Shown piece after piece: positions 9,685-19,287 of a stretch of 64,000 nucleotides of DNA. Numbering within the stretch: the stretch's first letter is position 1; each line of letters opens with the position of its first letter. This DNA comes from an uncultured Candidatus Micrarchaeota archaeon (GTDB lineage: Archaea > Micrarchaeota > Micrarchaeia > Micrarchaeales > Micrarchaeaceae): positions 24,860 to 88,859 of the forward strand of contig CAVXKJ010000001.1 of assembly GCA_963762355.1 (NCBI GenBank). The letters are read 5' to 3'. The notes below the pieces were generated by a model, which was not told the origin of the DNA, did no database searches, and was given only the letters and a program-made list of their open reading frames with translations. A program made the translations under genes and the position numbers.

Positions 9685-9987
9685 TTATATTAATGCACCT
9701 TCTTCCATAAGTAGCATTCTTTTCCTTTCGGTTCCGCCGGAATTATAATTACCGAGGGAACCGTCGCTTCTGACTACCCTATGGCATGGCACAATTATTG
9801 GCAGTGGATTATTTTTCAGAGCTGTACCTACAGCCCTGCATGAATTAGGATTGCCTATCTTGCTTGCGATATCCTTGTATGTGAGTGTATAACCTTTCTT
9901 TATAGATAGGGTTGCAAGCAATACCTTTCTTTCGAACTTTGTAAGTCCGTATGAATTAAGCTTTTTGAGGATCTTTGCCCTTTTCAT
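9685..9987 (-). CDS. ogt: methylated-DNA--protein-cysteine methyltransferase (DNA-binding/active-site domain only)
   Basis: Active-site motif IIVPCHRVV within a 100-aa protein. Confidence 0.85.
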   Translation of the reverse strand: MKRAKILKKLNSYGLTKFERKVLLATLSIKKGYTLTYKDIASKIGNPNSCRAVGTALKNNPLPIIVPCHRVVRSDGSLGNYNSGGTERKRMLLMEEGALI

Positions 9988-10463
9988 GCAGCAGCCCTCC
10001 TTAAAAGCCTCAATCCTTTTGTTGCAAGGCTGTAATTGCTGTAGTTATCGTTACCAGTAATCTCGGTGCACCAAGCTGGTGGAACAAATGCTTTTGCCCT
10101 ATCGAAGTTTTTGAATTGCACATCTAAAATGATTACGTGGGATGCAAGTTTTCCCCGGAATATATTTATGGTCATTTTAGAGCAGCCATTGTAATTAACA
10201 GAATGGCTGCTTAGCTCTACCTTTCTCCCGGTATTTGCATACCATGCTTTCCAAAAATCTATCTCTCTAATTCGTGCTGCTTTGGCTGGTAATCCATTAC
10301 CATTTTGCAGGCATTCTTTGTATTCTTCTGTATTGTTGTCCCTTATGGTCCTAGTCAGCTTTCTGCCATCAAGATATATCTCGTGAATCCAGGAAAAGTT
10401 ACCTTCTCTCAGTTTGCTAGGAAGCTCTCTGACTAGAAATTTTCTTTCTACCATTGCCCCCAT
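9984..10463 (-). CDS. CYTH-like domain protein
   Basis: N-terminal ERKFLV and C-terminal FVPPAWCTEITGNDNYSNYSLA match the CYTH pattern. Several acidic positions appear substituted (IILDVQF instead of the EvEf type). It has an ATGA overlap with ogt. Confidence 0.5.
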   Translation of the reverse strand: MGAMVERKFLVRELPSKLREGNFSWIHEIYLDGRKLTRTIRDNNTEEYKECLQNGNGLPAKAARIREIDFWKAWYANTGRKVELSSHSVNYNGCSKMTINIFRGKLASHVIILDVQFKNFDRAKAFVPPAWCTEITGNDNYSNYSLATKGLRLLRRAAA

Positions 10464-10522
10464 AGTCAGATATTCTACGCAAAACTATTTAAATTATCCA
10501 TGAAATTCATTTACGTGTTTGT

Positions 10523-11440
10523 ATGAGGAAGAATGCCGACCTTTATTTCTGGCTTAATGGAAAGATGATAAAACAGAAGGACGCAGTTGTTCCCATACTG
10601 ACGCATTCAATGCAGTATGGCAGCGGGATATTTGAGGGCATACGCGCGTACAAGACGCCCAAGGGTGCTGCAATATTCAGGCTTGATGACCACATAAAGA
10701 GGTTCCTCAAGACTGCCAAGGTATACGCGATGGATTTTGGATATAACCATAAGGAAATACATGACGCAATAATAAAAACGGTGCTGCACAACAGGCTCGA
10801 GAGCTGCTATATAAGGCCATTCGCATTCTACGACGATGACAGCATAGGAATAAGCACTGCAGGCAAGAAGATCAGCCTGTTCATTGCCGCCAGGCCCTTT
10901 GGGGCATATTACGGAAAGGGAAGGGAGAATGGGATAACATGCAAGATATCATCATGGCAGAGGATCAATTCGCTCATACTTCCTCCTGAGGCAAAGGCAA
11001 GCGGCAATTACATCAATTCCATAATAGCAAACCTTGACGCAAGGATGGCAGGAGCTGACGAGGCAATACTGACATCACTTGATGGTTATGTTGCAGAAGG
11101 TCCAGGGGAGAACATATTCATAGTAGAGGATGGAAACATTGTAACGCCGTCAAGGGAGGCAGACATACTTCTTGGAATAACACGAGATTCAATAATAAAA
11201 ATTGCTGAGAGCACAGGATTTAAGGTTATTGAGAGGAACATCCACAAGGAGGAATTGTATACATGTGAGGAGGCATTCTTTACAGGCACCGCCGCAGAGA
11301 TAACACCGATAATTAAAATAGATTCCAGAATTGTTGGAAATGGAAAGCTCGGAACGATAACAAAAACGCTTGCTGCAAAGTACTCAAGAATCGTTGAGGG
11401 TAAAGAAGGGGAATTTGGGGAATGGCTCACTTATATCTAA
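10523..11440 (+). CDS. ilvE: branched-chain amino acid aminotransferase
   Basis: 305 aa with fold-type IV PLP enzyme motifs (YGSGIFEGIRAY, EGPGENIF). Confidence 0.9.
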   Translation: MRKNADLYFWLNGKMIKQKDAVVPILTHSMQYGSGIFEGIRAYKTPKGAAIFRLDDHIKRFLKTAKVYAMDFGYNHKEIHDAIIKTVLHNRLESCYIRPFAFYDDDSIGISTAGKKISLFIAARPFGAYYGKGRENGITCKISSWQRINSLILPPEAKASGNYINSIIANLDARMAGADEAILTSLDGYVAEGPGENIFIVEDGNIVTPSREADILLGITRDSIIKIAESTGFKVIERNIHKEELYTCEEAFFTGTAAEITPIIKIDSRIVGNGKLGTITKTLAAKYSRIVEGKEGEFGEWLTYI

Positions 11441-11447
11441 GATTATG

Positions 11448-11834
11448 TTAGCATCTTATTACCTTGATGCCTAACTTCTCTGCGACATTGCTCTGTTCTT
11501 CATCGCATGAAATTAGATCAAGATTTTCTTCCAAAGCAGCCGCTATGAAGATGCTATCGTAAGTTGTAATCTTGTTGTTGATTGATATTCTGAATGCAGA
11601 CCCTAAATATTTCTTCTGGTCTAGAAGAACCGCACTATCTGCATATTGGGTTATAAAATTCAGTGCCTTTTCCAAACTTATTCCACCGCTAATTACTTTG
11701 CTCCTTAGTGCATTAGACAGCTCCAAAATTGCAATCGGGATCGAAAATGACTGGGATACGTAAACTTGAACTTTTTCCCATCCAGGTTCCTTGGAAAAGA
11801 ATTTGACTATCGCGGAAGAATCAATGAGCCGCAT
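11448..11834 (-). CDS. vapC: PIN-domain toxin VapC
   Basis: MRLIDSSAIV start, a conserved D near the N-terminus and a TYDSIFIAAA segment. The ORF opens at 11864, but the ATG at 11834 fits PIN N-termini. Confidence 0.72.
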   Translation of the reverse strand: MRLIDSSAIVKFFSKEPGWEKVQVYVSQSFSIPIAILELSNALRSKVISGGISLEKALNFITQYADSAVLLDQKKYLGSAFRISINNKITTYDSIFIAAALEENLDLISCDEEQSNVAEKLGIKVIRC

Positions 11835-12057
11835 CCCTATCGCCTCGTACCGAATTAGCTGCAAAGCCAGATTTTGATGGTTTGATCTCTTTTTCTCTTA
11901 TAGCTCGCGACAATCTCTCCACCGTTTTCTTAAGCTTTATGAATGCCTCTTTCTGGGCTATAAATTCTCTTATTGATTCCTCTAAATTTATACCAGCATG
12001 TTCGAGATTTGTTTTAGTTTCTCTCTTTATTCTTACACTAACTACTACGCTATCCAT
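11821..12057 (-). CDS. vapB: VapB-like antitoxin (RHH-like N-terminus)
   Basis: 78 aa, immediately upstream of and overlapping vapC. It begins VVVSVRIKRETKTNLE, a beta-strand-like start. Confidence 0.6.
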   Translation of the reverse strand: MDSVVVSVRIKRETKTNLEHAGINLEESIREFIAQKEAFIKLKKTVERLSRAIREKEIKPSKSGFAANSVRGDRDAAH

Positions 12058-12137
12058 ACAATCACAATAATATTAGAATGTAAACATTTATAAACATTTG
12101 TTTACAAATAATAGGCCATTAGTTTGATTAGGTTTAC

Positions 12138-12503
12138 TTACAGGAGCTTGAACCCTTTTGTGAACAGGTCTATTTCTGACGATTTCCATGGGCCTATTCC
12201 CAATGCTGTTTTTGTGCCCGGAGGCAACTGCGTCAGACCCGCATCGCTCACAAGAGCGCATGGAACCTTCTTGAACTCGAATGCCTTAAAGAGCTTTACC
12301 AGCGTTTCCTCGTCACTTGCCTTGAGCACTATCTTCTTTTCTCCGGTATCAAGCCATTCCTTTGCGATTAATTTGTTCTTTTTCTCGGCTTCAAGATAGC
12401 TCATTAATGATGCATGACAACCTTGGGCGATAGTTTTGCCCTTCCCCATGGTTATGTCCATCCTTATGAGTATTACCTGCTTTATTTCATCTTCAAGTTG
12501 CAT
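12138..12503 (-). CDS. pth2: peptidyl-tRNA hydrolase, archaeal type
   Basis: 121 aa with the GKGKTIAQGCHAS motif. Confidence 0.9.
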   Translation of the reverse strand: MQLEDEIKQVILIRMDITMGKGKTIAQGCHASLMSYLEAEKKNKLIAKEWLDTGEKKIVLKASDEETLVKLFKAFEFKKVPCALVSDAGLTQLPPGTKTALGIGPWKSSEIDLFTKGFKLL

Positions 12504-12560
12504 ATGAACATCTTAGCATAATAAATTATTAATCATATCTAATATATTATCGGTGCTTCT

Positions 12561-13712
12561 TTGCTAAATGAAAAGGACTCTGCATTCTTCAAGGGGCTTA
12601 TAAGGCAGTTCTATTCTGATATAGAGAATATAGCCCCGCCTAATATTGAGAGGAGGGAATTTGGGTTTGGGGATTTTGAGAGGAAGATACATTATAGGCA
12701 TTATGCATTCCAGAATGAGAAAATATTGAAAACTTACCTTTCTACGGAAAGCCCTCCTTTTGTTTCATATTCATCTGCAGAGTACACCAAACCGGATGGC
12801 CGACCCATGGAAAGCAAGGGATGGATCGGCTCTGATCTCATCTTTGACATCGATGCGAGCGACCTTAACCTGAGGTGCAAGGGCGTCCATCCAAGCTCAT
12901 GGGTATGTAGTATATGCCTAGATGGCGCAAAGGCCGAGACGATAAAGCTTATCGAGGAGTTTCTTGTTCCGGACTTTGGCTTTAGCGAGAAAAGCATATT
13001 GATCAACTTCAGCGGAAATAGGGGATACCACATACATGTGCATGATGATAGCGTATTCAGGCTTGACGGGAATGCAAGGAAGCAGATAGGCAACTACATA
13101 ACTGGAAACGGGATAAAGCTTACTGCATTCTTCCCCACCCTCAGAAGAAGGGGAGTTCGGCTTGAGGGGCCGCGGCCATTGGACAATGGCTGGGGAGGCA
13201 AGCTTGCAAACGGTGTCATAAATGCGGTGAACAGCGGAACCAACTCGCTCATCGAGCTTGGAATAGAAAAGAAATACGCCGAGATGCTTACAAGAAAGAG
13301 CGCAGAGGTTGTGCTTGGCATAAGCACCGGCAACTGGGACAAGATAAACATACCAAAAAAGGGCGAGTTCTGGGAGAATGTGCTTAAGAACATAGCGATA
13401 AAGCAGAGCGATGCGATAGACAAGAATGTAAGCACTGACATATACCATCTCATAAGGCTTCCTGGAACGATACACGGCGATACCGGCCTTGTTGCAAAAA
13501 GGGTCAGATCACTGAAGGCTCTTGATGGTTTTGAACCTATGGATGATGCAGTAGCATTCGGCGAGAGCTTTATAAAAATAAAGACCGCAAAAGTTCCCAA
13601 GTTTTCGATGGCAAGCAACTCTTTTGGCCCATACGACGGTAATGAAATTGAGCTTCCAGCTTATGCAGCATCATATCTTGTGCTTAAGGGATTTGCATCT
13701 TTGATTCAGTGA
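12561..13712 (+). CDS. priS: DNA primase catalytic (small) subunit PriS
   Basis: Motifs LIFDIDASD and NFSGNRGYHIHV, with a zinc-knuckle segment CKGVHPSSWVCSIC. Confidence 0.9.
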   Translation: MLNEKDSAFFKGLIRQFYSDIENIAPPNIERREFGFGDFERKIHYRHYAFQNEKILKTYLSTESPPFVSYSSAEYTKPDGRPMESKGWIGSDLIFDIDASDLNLRCKGVHPSSWVCSICLDGAKAETIKLIEEFLVPDFGFSEKSILINFSGNRGYHIHVHDDSVFRLDGNARKQIGNYITGNGIKLTAFFPTLRRRGVRLEGPRPLDNGWGGKLANGVINAVNSGTNSLIELGIEKKYAEMLTRKSAEVVLGISTGNWDKINIPKKGEFWENVLKNIAIKQSDAIDKNVSTDIYHLIRLPGTIHGDTGLVAKRVRSLKALDGFEPMDDAVAFGESFIKIKTAKVPKFSMASNSFGPYDGNEIELPAYAASYLVLKGFASLIQ

Positions 13713-13718
13713 CATCCT

Positions 13719-13738
13719 CCCACGAATAAATTCGTGGG
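13719..13738 (+). terminator. perfect hairpin directly after the priS stop
   Basis: CCCACGAA-TAAA-TTCGTGGG (8-bp stem, 4-nt loop) lies 7 nt after the stop. A role in termination or stability is inferred only. Confidence 0.35.
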
Positions 13739-13992
13739 CTTCCTCTGCATTCATGCTGCTGAGGATCATGGTAATTAGGTTTGGGACTATCCGTAATACA
13801 CCAGCATAAAGTGTGTTATTGTGACCAAACACAGATATGTCTCTGTTTTTTGGCATAATAAAATCATTGTAATGATGATTATCGATAGTCATCCGACAAA
13901 TTGGTAGATAAATATCATGCTACTTTTCCCGCTTCAAAAGAGCCGGGTGATAGGCTTTTAATCTTTCAGATACATTTATATATGGTGTACTG

Positions 13993-15213
13993 ATGGCAGA
14001 GCGCATACTTGTACTTGCTATTGACGTTGACAACGACCTTTACCGCAAGACGAAGATAACTGGTCCGGTAATTGGGCGTATTGACAACCTTAAGGCAGCG
14101 GCTAAGCTGGCCCTAGCCGACCCCCAGGATACCGATGCAAACGCAATGTTTGAGGCTGTGCGCAAATATGACGAGCTTAAGAAGAAGGGCTATTCAGTAA
14201 ATGTGGCTACAGTAACAGGCGCGGAGAAGGAGGGTTATGTTGCTGATGTTGAAGTTGTACGCCAGATAGAGCTTGTGCTTGAGAGGCTTAAGAGCGACGC
14301 ATGCGTTCTTGTGACTGACGGCAGCAGCGACTCCAGAGTTCTGCCCTTGCTTAAGAACCGCATAAAGGTTAACAGCGTTGACATAGTGCACATGAAGCAG
14401 GCGGAGGGTCTTGAGAACACCTATTTCACCCTTCTTGAGAAGCTCAAGGAGCCACACTATTCAAGGATAGTATTCGGCATACCAGCAGTTTTGCTTATAC
14501 TATTTGCAATCAGCTATTACTTCAACTTCGGATGGCAATTGCCGGCAGCATTGATAGGAATATACCTCATAATGAAGGGCTTCGGCCTCGAGGATGCTAT
14601 AGTTGGCTCATTCAAGGGGCTTGGCTTCAGCATTGAGAGGTTCAGCTTTGTGTTCTATATCGGTGCTATAATATTCTTCCTTATCAGCCTGATAATAGGA
14701 TATGCCGCATATTCAGTAGCATTAAGCACCGCTACCAACAACCTTATAATTGCATCGCAGGCAATAGAGGGTTTCCTTACATTATTCCCGGTAAGCCTTA
14801 TACTTTACCTTATAGGCAGGATGATAGACCTTGAGAACAAGCGCATGCGATACAGGGCGATATCACAGGGCACTTATGCAGCATACGTGATAGTTGCAAT
14901 AGCGCTTCTCTACCTTACCTCATCATGGATAATCGGCCAGATATACTTCTGGCAGTTCCTTCTTTTCGGCAGCATCGCTATACTCGCAGGGTATGGAATA
15001 TCAATTTTCAGCGTATTCCTTAGGAGACGTGCACTCAGGCATGCAAGGATAAAGGACAAGAGCGTGATAAATGACATAGGGGCCTATATAGGCAAGATAA
15101 CAGATGTCGACTCCAAGCGCGGATTGATATTCGTCAAGACAGACTACGGAAACGTGATAAAGTACGATGTTGACAGGATTACCGGAGTCTCAGACAGAGT
15201 AATAATAAGATAG
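13993..15213 (+). CDS. DUF373-family archaeal membrane protein
   Basis: Soluble N-domain (ILVLAIDVDNDLYRKT...), followed by about 6 TM segments and a C-terminal soluble domain. Confidence 0.72.
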   Translation: MAERILVLAIDVDNDLYRKTKITGPVIGRIDNLKAAAKLALADPQDTDANAMFEAVRKYDELKKKGYSVNVATVTGAEKEGYVADVEVVRQIELVLERLKSDACVLVTDGSSDSRVLPLLKNRIKVNSVDIVHMKQAEGLENTYFTLLEKLKEPHYSRIVFGIPAVLLILFAISYYFNFGWQLPAALIGIYLIMKGFGLEDAIVGSFKGLGFSIERFSFVFYIGAIIFFLISLIIGYAAYSVALSTATNNLIIASQAIEGFLTLFPVSLILYLIGRMIDLENKRMRYRAISQGTYAAYVIVAIALLYLTSSWIIGQIYFWQFLLFGSIAILAGYGISIFSVFLRRRALRHARIKDKSVINDIGAYIGKITDVDSKRGLIFVKTDYGNVIKYDVDRITGVSDRVIIR

Positions 15214-15244
15214 TTCTAATAATCCAGAATAAAGTGATACTGTC

Positions 15245-15607
15245 ATGCCAATAGGGATAGTAAAAAGGTCTGATAACAAAGATCCGGTCGAGACAAGAGT
15301 AGAGTCGCTTATTAGAGAAATGCACAATAACAAAGGTCAACTAATAGGCAGCAGGATATCGATAAAAGGGCATTTAAAGCGCATAACAAGCACACCGGAT
15401 AAGATGACTTTTGAGATTTATAATGACGATAATCCCTCAAAGACTGTAGGCCTGAAGATAAATAAGATAATGCTTGAAAGGGCCAATAGGGCATTAAATG
15501 AGAGGGTAGGGGTAAGGCTTTATTGTGACGTGACCAAGGGCAAAGATGGAATAGATATAAGTGTCTATGATTTCCAGATTCTTCCAGACAGCACAGCAGA
15601 TGTTTAG
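15245..15607 (+). CDS. hypothetical protein (possible OB-fold)
   Basis: 120 aa on the same strand, directly upstream of the RNase P/r-protein cluster. No firm motif. Confidence 0.45.
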   Translation: MPIGIVKRSDNKDPVETRVESLIREMHNNKGQLIGSRISIKGHLKRITSTPDKMTFEIYNDDNPSKTVGLKINKIMLERANRALNERVGVRLYCDVTKGKDGIDISVYDFQILPDSTADV

Positions 15608-15714
15608 AATTTTTGTTTTCTTCTTCGGCTGTACGTCAAAAGGCATTGCTGCGCTGGATGCAATGCAATTGCTTTTATTCAACGTCAGGATTGCAAAAAG
15701 AAAGGTTTAAATGT

Positions 15715-16017
15715 ATGCACGGCTATAATAATAAGAACATTGTGCTTCATGAACTTATAGGTCTCTACACCGAAGTAATAGACTGTAAGGATAGTTCGCA
15801 GATAGGTATTGAAGGAAGAGTAATTAACGAAACAAAAAATCTTCTCTATCTTAGGCATGATTCGAAGACAAGAAAGGTAGTAAAGAAAATCTCCAAATTC
15901 AGGTTTTCGCATGGCAATGAATCTTTTGTTGTCGATGGCGTGGAGATAAATTTCAGGCCTCATGAGCGAACTGAGAAGGCACTTAAGTTTTACAAAAGGA
16001 GGAGTTTGAACAAGTGA
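15715..16017 (+). CDS. rnp1: RNase P protein component 1 (Rpp29)
   Basis: [35 protein letters not shown] matches the Rpp29 core. It occupies the conserved position before rps17. The ATG at 15715 lies inside the longer listed ORF. Confidence 0.8.
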   Translation: MHGYNNKNIVLHELIGLYTEVIDCKDSSQIGIEGRVINETKNLLYLRHDSKTRKVVKKISKFRFSHGNESFVVDGVEINFRPHERTEKALKFYKRRSLNK

Positions 16018-16021
16018 TGTA

Positions 16022-16315
16022 TTGGAATGCAAAGATCCGAAGTGCCCTGTGCACGGCATGCTAAAGACGCGCGGCAACGAGATTGAGGGTATTGTGGTGA
16101 GCGACAAGGCCAAAAAGAGCGTTATAGTCGAGCATGCTTATACGACATTCCTTACCAAATATGAGAGATCGCTAAGAAAGACATCAAGGATAGCCGCATA
16201 CAATCCTGAATGCATAAATGCAAGGACAGGAGACATGGTGCTTATAGCAGAGACGCGCAGGCTAAGCAAGACAAAATCCTTTGTCGTTGAAAAAATACTT
16301 AAGAAGGCTGAATGA
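16022..16315 (+). CDS. rps17: 30S ribosomal protein S17 (uS17)
   Basis: [28 protein letters not shown], at the expected synteny position. Confidence 0.9.
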   Translation: MECKDPKCPVHGMLKTRGNEIEGIVVSDKAKKSVIVEHAYTTFLTKYERSLRKTSRIAAYNPECINARTGDMVLIAETRRLSKTKSFVVEKILKKAE

Positions 16316-16316
16316 C

Positions 16317-16718
16317 ATGAAAGGGCTATCGACAACAATACCAAGAAACCTTATACCGAGCTCAGTCCTGACATGCGCTGACAACAGCGGGGCAAGGACA
16401 TTGATGATTATAAACAGGATAGGAAAGGGAGGCGGAAGAAAAGGACGGTATTCAAGGTCGGGCATTTGCGACGTTGTGATAGCAAGCGTTAAGTCCGGAA
16501 CGCCGCAGTATGTAAAGAAGAAGGTCAGGGTCATGATAATAAGGCAGAAAAGCCCGATGAGAAGGGCAAACGGAATGCGGGTAAGATTTGAGGACAACGC
16601 GGGCATACTTGTAACCGAGAACAATCTTGCGATCGGAACAGAGGTAAAGGGCGCAATGGCAAGGGAGGTAGTAGAAAGATACGTGAAGCTTGCCGGAATC
16701 GCATCAAGAGTCGTATGA
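16317..16718 (+). CDS. rpl14: 50S ribosomal protein L14 (uL14)
   Basis: LTCADNSGARTLMII motif. Starts at the ATG at 16317. Confidence 0.95.
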   Translation: MKGLSTTIPRNLIPSSVLTCADNSGARTLMIINRIGKGGGRKGRYSRSGICDVVIASVKSGTPQYVKKKVRVMIIRQKSPMRRANGMRVRFEDNAGILVTENNLAIGTEVKGAMAREVVERYVKLAGIASRVV

Positions 16719-16731
16719 TATTTGTGATATT

Positions 16732-17043
16732 ATGCCAGTAACTATAGATGTGATCAAAAAAGAAGCAAGTCCTAAGATAGTACATCCCATAAGTAAGGAT
16801 TGGCATAATGCAGAGGGATGGAATGCCATAAAGCAACTAAACATGGGCCAAGGCCTAATCTTCACTATTCTCTCATTATCACCTGCAATATATTTGGTTG
16901 CTAAGGAGCAGGAGTATCCAGCAGCAGCATTTACAATTGGAGGCGTATTAACAGTAACATTTGCAGTTGCAGCAATGCGTTCAATAAATTCTGCAATTGA
17001 GATAAGTCGCTTCCTGCGCAAAGAGGAGAGTAAGGTCGAATAA
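16732..17043 (+). CDS. orphan 2-TM membrane protein inserted between rpl14 and rpl24
   Basis: 103 aa with two hydrophobic helices (GLIFTILSLSPAIYLV and AAFTIGGVLTVTFAVAA). It fills the gap exactly and has no r-protein similarity. Confidence 0.5.
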   Translation: MPVTIDVIKKEASPKIVHPISKDWHNAEGWNAIKQLNMGQGLIFTILSLSPAIYLVAKEQEYPAAAFTIGGVLTVTFAVAAMRSINSAIEISRFLRKEESKVE

Positions 17044-17044
17044 T

Positions 17045-17530
17045 ATGATTAAAAGCAGCAAGCCAAGAAAGCAGAGATTTTTCAGGTACAATGCACCCAT
17101 GCACGTGCGACAGCATTTTGTACACTCTCATATTGATAAGTCCTTGAAGGCAAAGCTTGGGATAAAGAGGCGCTCTGTCCAGATTTCGAAGGGCGACACG
17201 GTCAAGGTAATGGCAGGCAGCAAAAAGGGCACAAGCGGCAAGGTGTTAAGCGTAAGCCTAAGGACAGGAAAGATAAGGATAGATTCGCTTGTAAAGAAAA
17301 CAGCAAAGGGCAAGGAGTTCAATATTCCGATAAGCGCAAGCTGTGTTTATATTACAGATCTTAATCTAAGCGACAAGATGCGTGCAGCAAAGCTAAAGGT
17401 TGCACAGCAGAAGCAGCCTGTAAAGACATCCAACATAGGCGCAAGCGCTGTCGTAGATACAAATATAGATGTAAAGGAACCAAAGAAGGAAAGCAGCAAG
17501 CCTGTTCTTGCTGCAGTCCAGAACAAATGA
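17045..17530 (+). CDS. rpl24: 50S ribosomal protein L24 (uL24) with a C-terminal extension
   Basis: KPRKQRFFRYNAPMHVR and the KOW segment ISKGDTVKVMAGSKKGTSGKV. It has about 40 extra C-terminal residues. Confidence 0.9.
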   Translation: MIKSSKPRKQRFFRYNAPMHVRQHFVHSHIDKSLKAKLGIKRRSVQISKGDTVKVMAGSKKGTSGKVLSVSLRTGKIRIDSLVKKTAKGKEFNIPISASCVYITDLNLSDKMRAAKLKVAQQKQPVKTSNIGASAVVDTNIDVKEPKKESSKPVLAAVQNK

Positions 17531-17539
17531 GATGATTAG

Positions 17540-18211
17540 ATGGCTAAAAGAGGAAATAGCGGTCACATTAAGAGGCTGAATGCGCCTAGGTATTTTGCAA
17601 TACACAGGAAGGAGCACAAATATTCGATAAAGCAGAATCCCGGAAGGCACAGCTTGCATAAATCTGTTGCACTTACCCTCCTGGTAGGGAAGGTAGGCGC
17701 TGCCTCAAACAGAAAGGATGCAGACAGGATAATAAAGGAGGGAATGGTAAGCGTAAATGGGAAGAAAATAGCAGACCCCAAATATCCGGTAGGGCTGCAT
17801 GACATGTTCTCTATAGGAGAGGACAAATATAGGGTAGGCATAAACAGCAAGGGCCAGATAAGCATAACAAAGGGCGAAAAAGACAGCGGGCAGGTTTACA
17901 AGATAGTAGGAAAATACAAATACAGCAATGGCACAATAATGCTGCGCCTTCATGACGGCACTCTTGTAAAGGCAAGCGGTGGCGCAAATGTTGATGATTC
18001 ACTCCTGCTCTCAGGGGAGGGGGCGCCAAAGGTAGTCAAATTGGACAAGGATGCAATGTGCGAGGTAATAGATGGCGTGCACGTGGGCAAGGCAGGAAAG
18101 GTAAAGGATATAGGCAAGGGAAACATGCACAAGACAAAATCAGTAATTGTAGAGGAGCATAATGGGGGAAAGTTCGAGACCCTTGTAAAGAACATAATAG
18201 TGGTAGAATAG
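17540..18211 (+). CDS. rps4e: 30S ribosomal protein S4e
   Basis: GHIKRLNAPRYF N-terminus, at the expected synteny position. Confidence 0.95.
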   Translation: MAKRGNSGHIKRLNAPRYFAIHRKEHKYSIKQNPGRHSLHKSVALTLLVGKVGAASNRKDADRIIKEGMVSVNGKKIADPKYPVGLHDMFSIGEDKYRVGINSKGQISITKGEKDSGQVYKIVGKYKYSNGTIMLRLHDGTLVKASGGANVDDSLLLSGEGAPKVVKLDKDAMCEVIDGVHVGKAGKVKDIGKGNMHKTKSVIVEEHNGGKFETLVKNIIVVE

Positions 18212-18212
18212 A

Positions 18213-18740
18213 ATGGTCGACAATAATATCATGAGGGATCTTAGGCTGAACAAGCTTGTGATAAACATAGGCACGGGCAGCGACGAGAATCTGCAGCTCA
18301 ATGCGAAGAGGCTTATAGAGGCAATAACCGGAAGGAAGCCGGCAAACGAGATATCACGCACAAGAAACCCTTCATTCAAGATAGCAAAGGGGCAGAAGAT
18401 AGGCGCATTTGTCACCATAAGGGGAGAGCATGCCAAAAAGCTTGCGGTAAAGCTGTTTGATGCGGTAGACAACAAGATAAAGGAAAGCTCAATAACAAGC
18501 AACAGCCTGAGTTTCGGGATAGCTGAATACATCGACATAAGCGGCGTAAAGTACGATCCGAAGATAGGAATGCTTGGAATGAATGTAAACCTCTCATTCA
18601 GGAGGAGCGGCCTTAGGGTAGCTTTGAGGAAAAGGCGGAATTCAAAAGTGCCATCAAAGCACAGGTCGGTGTCAAGGGAAGAAATAATAGATTACATTAA
18701 AAAGGAGTTCAATGTGAGCATTGTAGAGCAGGCAGCGTAA
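18213..18740 (+). CDS. rpl5: 50S ribosomal protein L5 (uL5)
   Basis: LNKLVINIGTG and FGIAEYID motifs. Confidence 0.95.
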   Translation: MVDNNIMRDLRLNKLVINIGTGSDENLQLNAKRLIEAITGRKPANEISRTRNPSFKIAKGQKIGAFVTIRGEHAKKLAVKLFDAVDNKIKESSITSNSLSFGIAEYIDISGVKYDPKIGMLGMNVNLSFRRSGLRVALRKRRNSKVPSKHRSVSREEIIDYIKKEFNVSIVEQAA

Positions 18741-18902
18741 GTGATTGATTTGAAACCAGAGGAAAAATTCAAGGGAAAAGGGATCAGGAAGTGCAGGATA
18801 TGCGGCGGAGCAAGGGGACTGGTAAGATCGCACAAGCTTTACATGTGCAGAAGGTGCTTCAGGGAGGTTGCGCGCAGCATTGGATTCAAGAAATATGGAT
18901 GA
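18741..18902 (+). CDS. rps14: 30S ribosomal protein S14 (uS14, zinc type)
   Basis: Not in the ORF track because it is under 60 aa. Hand translation from the GTG at 18741 gives VIDLKPEEKFKGKGIRKCRICGGARGLVRSHKLYMCRRCFREVARSIGFKKYG, which has the CxxC...CxxC pattern. Confidence 0.85.
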   Translation: MIDLKPEEKFKGKGIRKCRICGGARGLVRSHKLYMCRRCFREVARSIGFKKYG

Positions 18903-19287
18903 TCACATGGACAGATTCGCAGACGCAATAAATGTTATAAAGACAAATGAGCGCATAGGCCGCATGCAGTGCGTATTATACTCGACAAAGCTGCTAAAGG
19001 CTGTCCTTGATGTCATGAAAAAGGAATCATACATAAAGGATTATGAGGAATTTACCGACAAGAGGATCAAGTACGTTAGGGTTGCGCTTTCAAACAAGAT
19101 AAACAGCATAGGCGTAATAAAGCCAAGGTACGCTGTGCAGAATGAGTTTATGCAGAAATACGAGATGCGATACATACCGAGCAGGGACTTTGGAATACTG
19201 ATACTCACAACCCCACAGGGAATAATAACAAACAAGGAGGCACGTGAGAGAAAGATAGGCGGAAGGCTTATCGCATATGTATATTAG
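18895..19287 (+). CDS. rps8: 30S ribosomal protein S8 (uS8)
   Basis: DRFADAINVIKTNER... and a C-terminal GGRLIAYVY. The start overlaps the rps14 stop. Confidence 0.9.
   Translation: MDDHMDRFADAINVIKTNERIGRMQCVLYSTKLLKAVLDVMKKESYIKDYEEFTDKRIKYVRVALSNKINSIGVIKPRYAVQNEFMQKYEMRYIPSRDFGILILTTPQGIITNKEARERKIGGRLIAYVY

Noticed and set aside
13671-13892. 73-aa minus-strand ORF between priS and the DUF373 gene.
   Set aside because: It overlaps the priS 3' end by 42 nt and spans the post-priS hairpin. It has no motif and an odd composition, so there is insufficient support.
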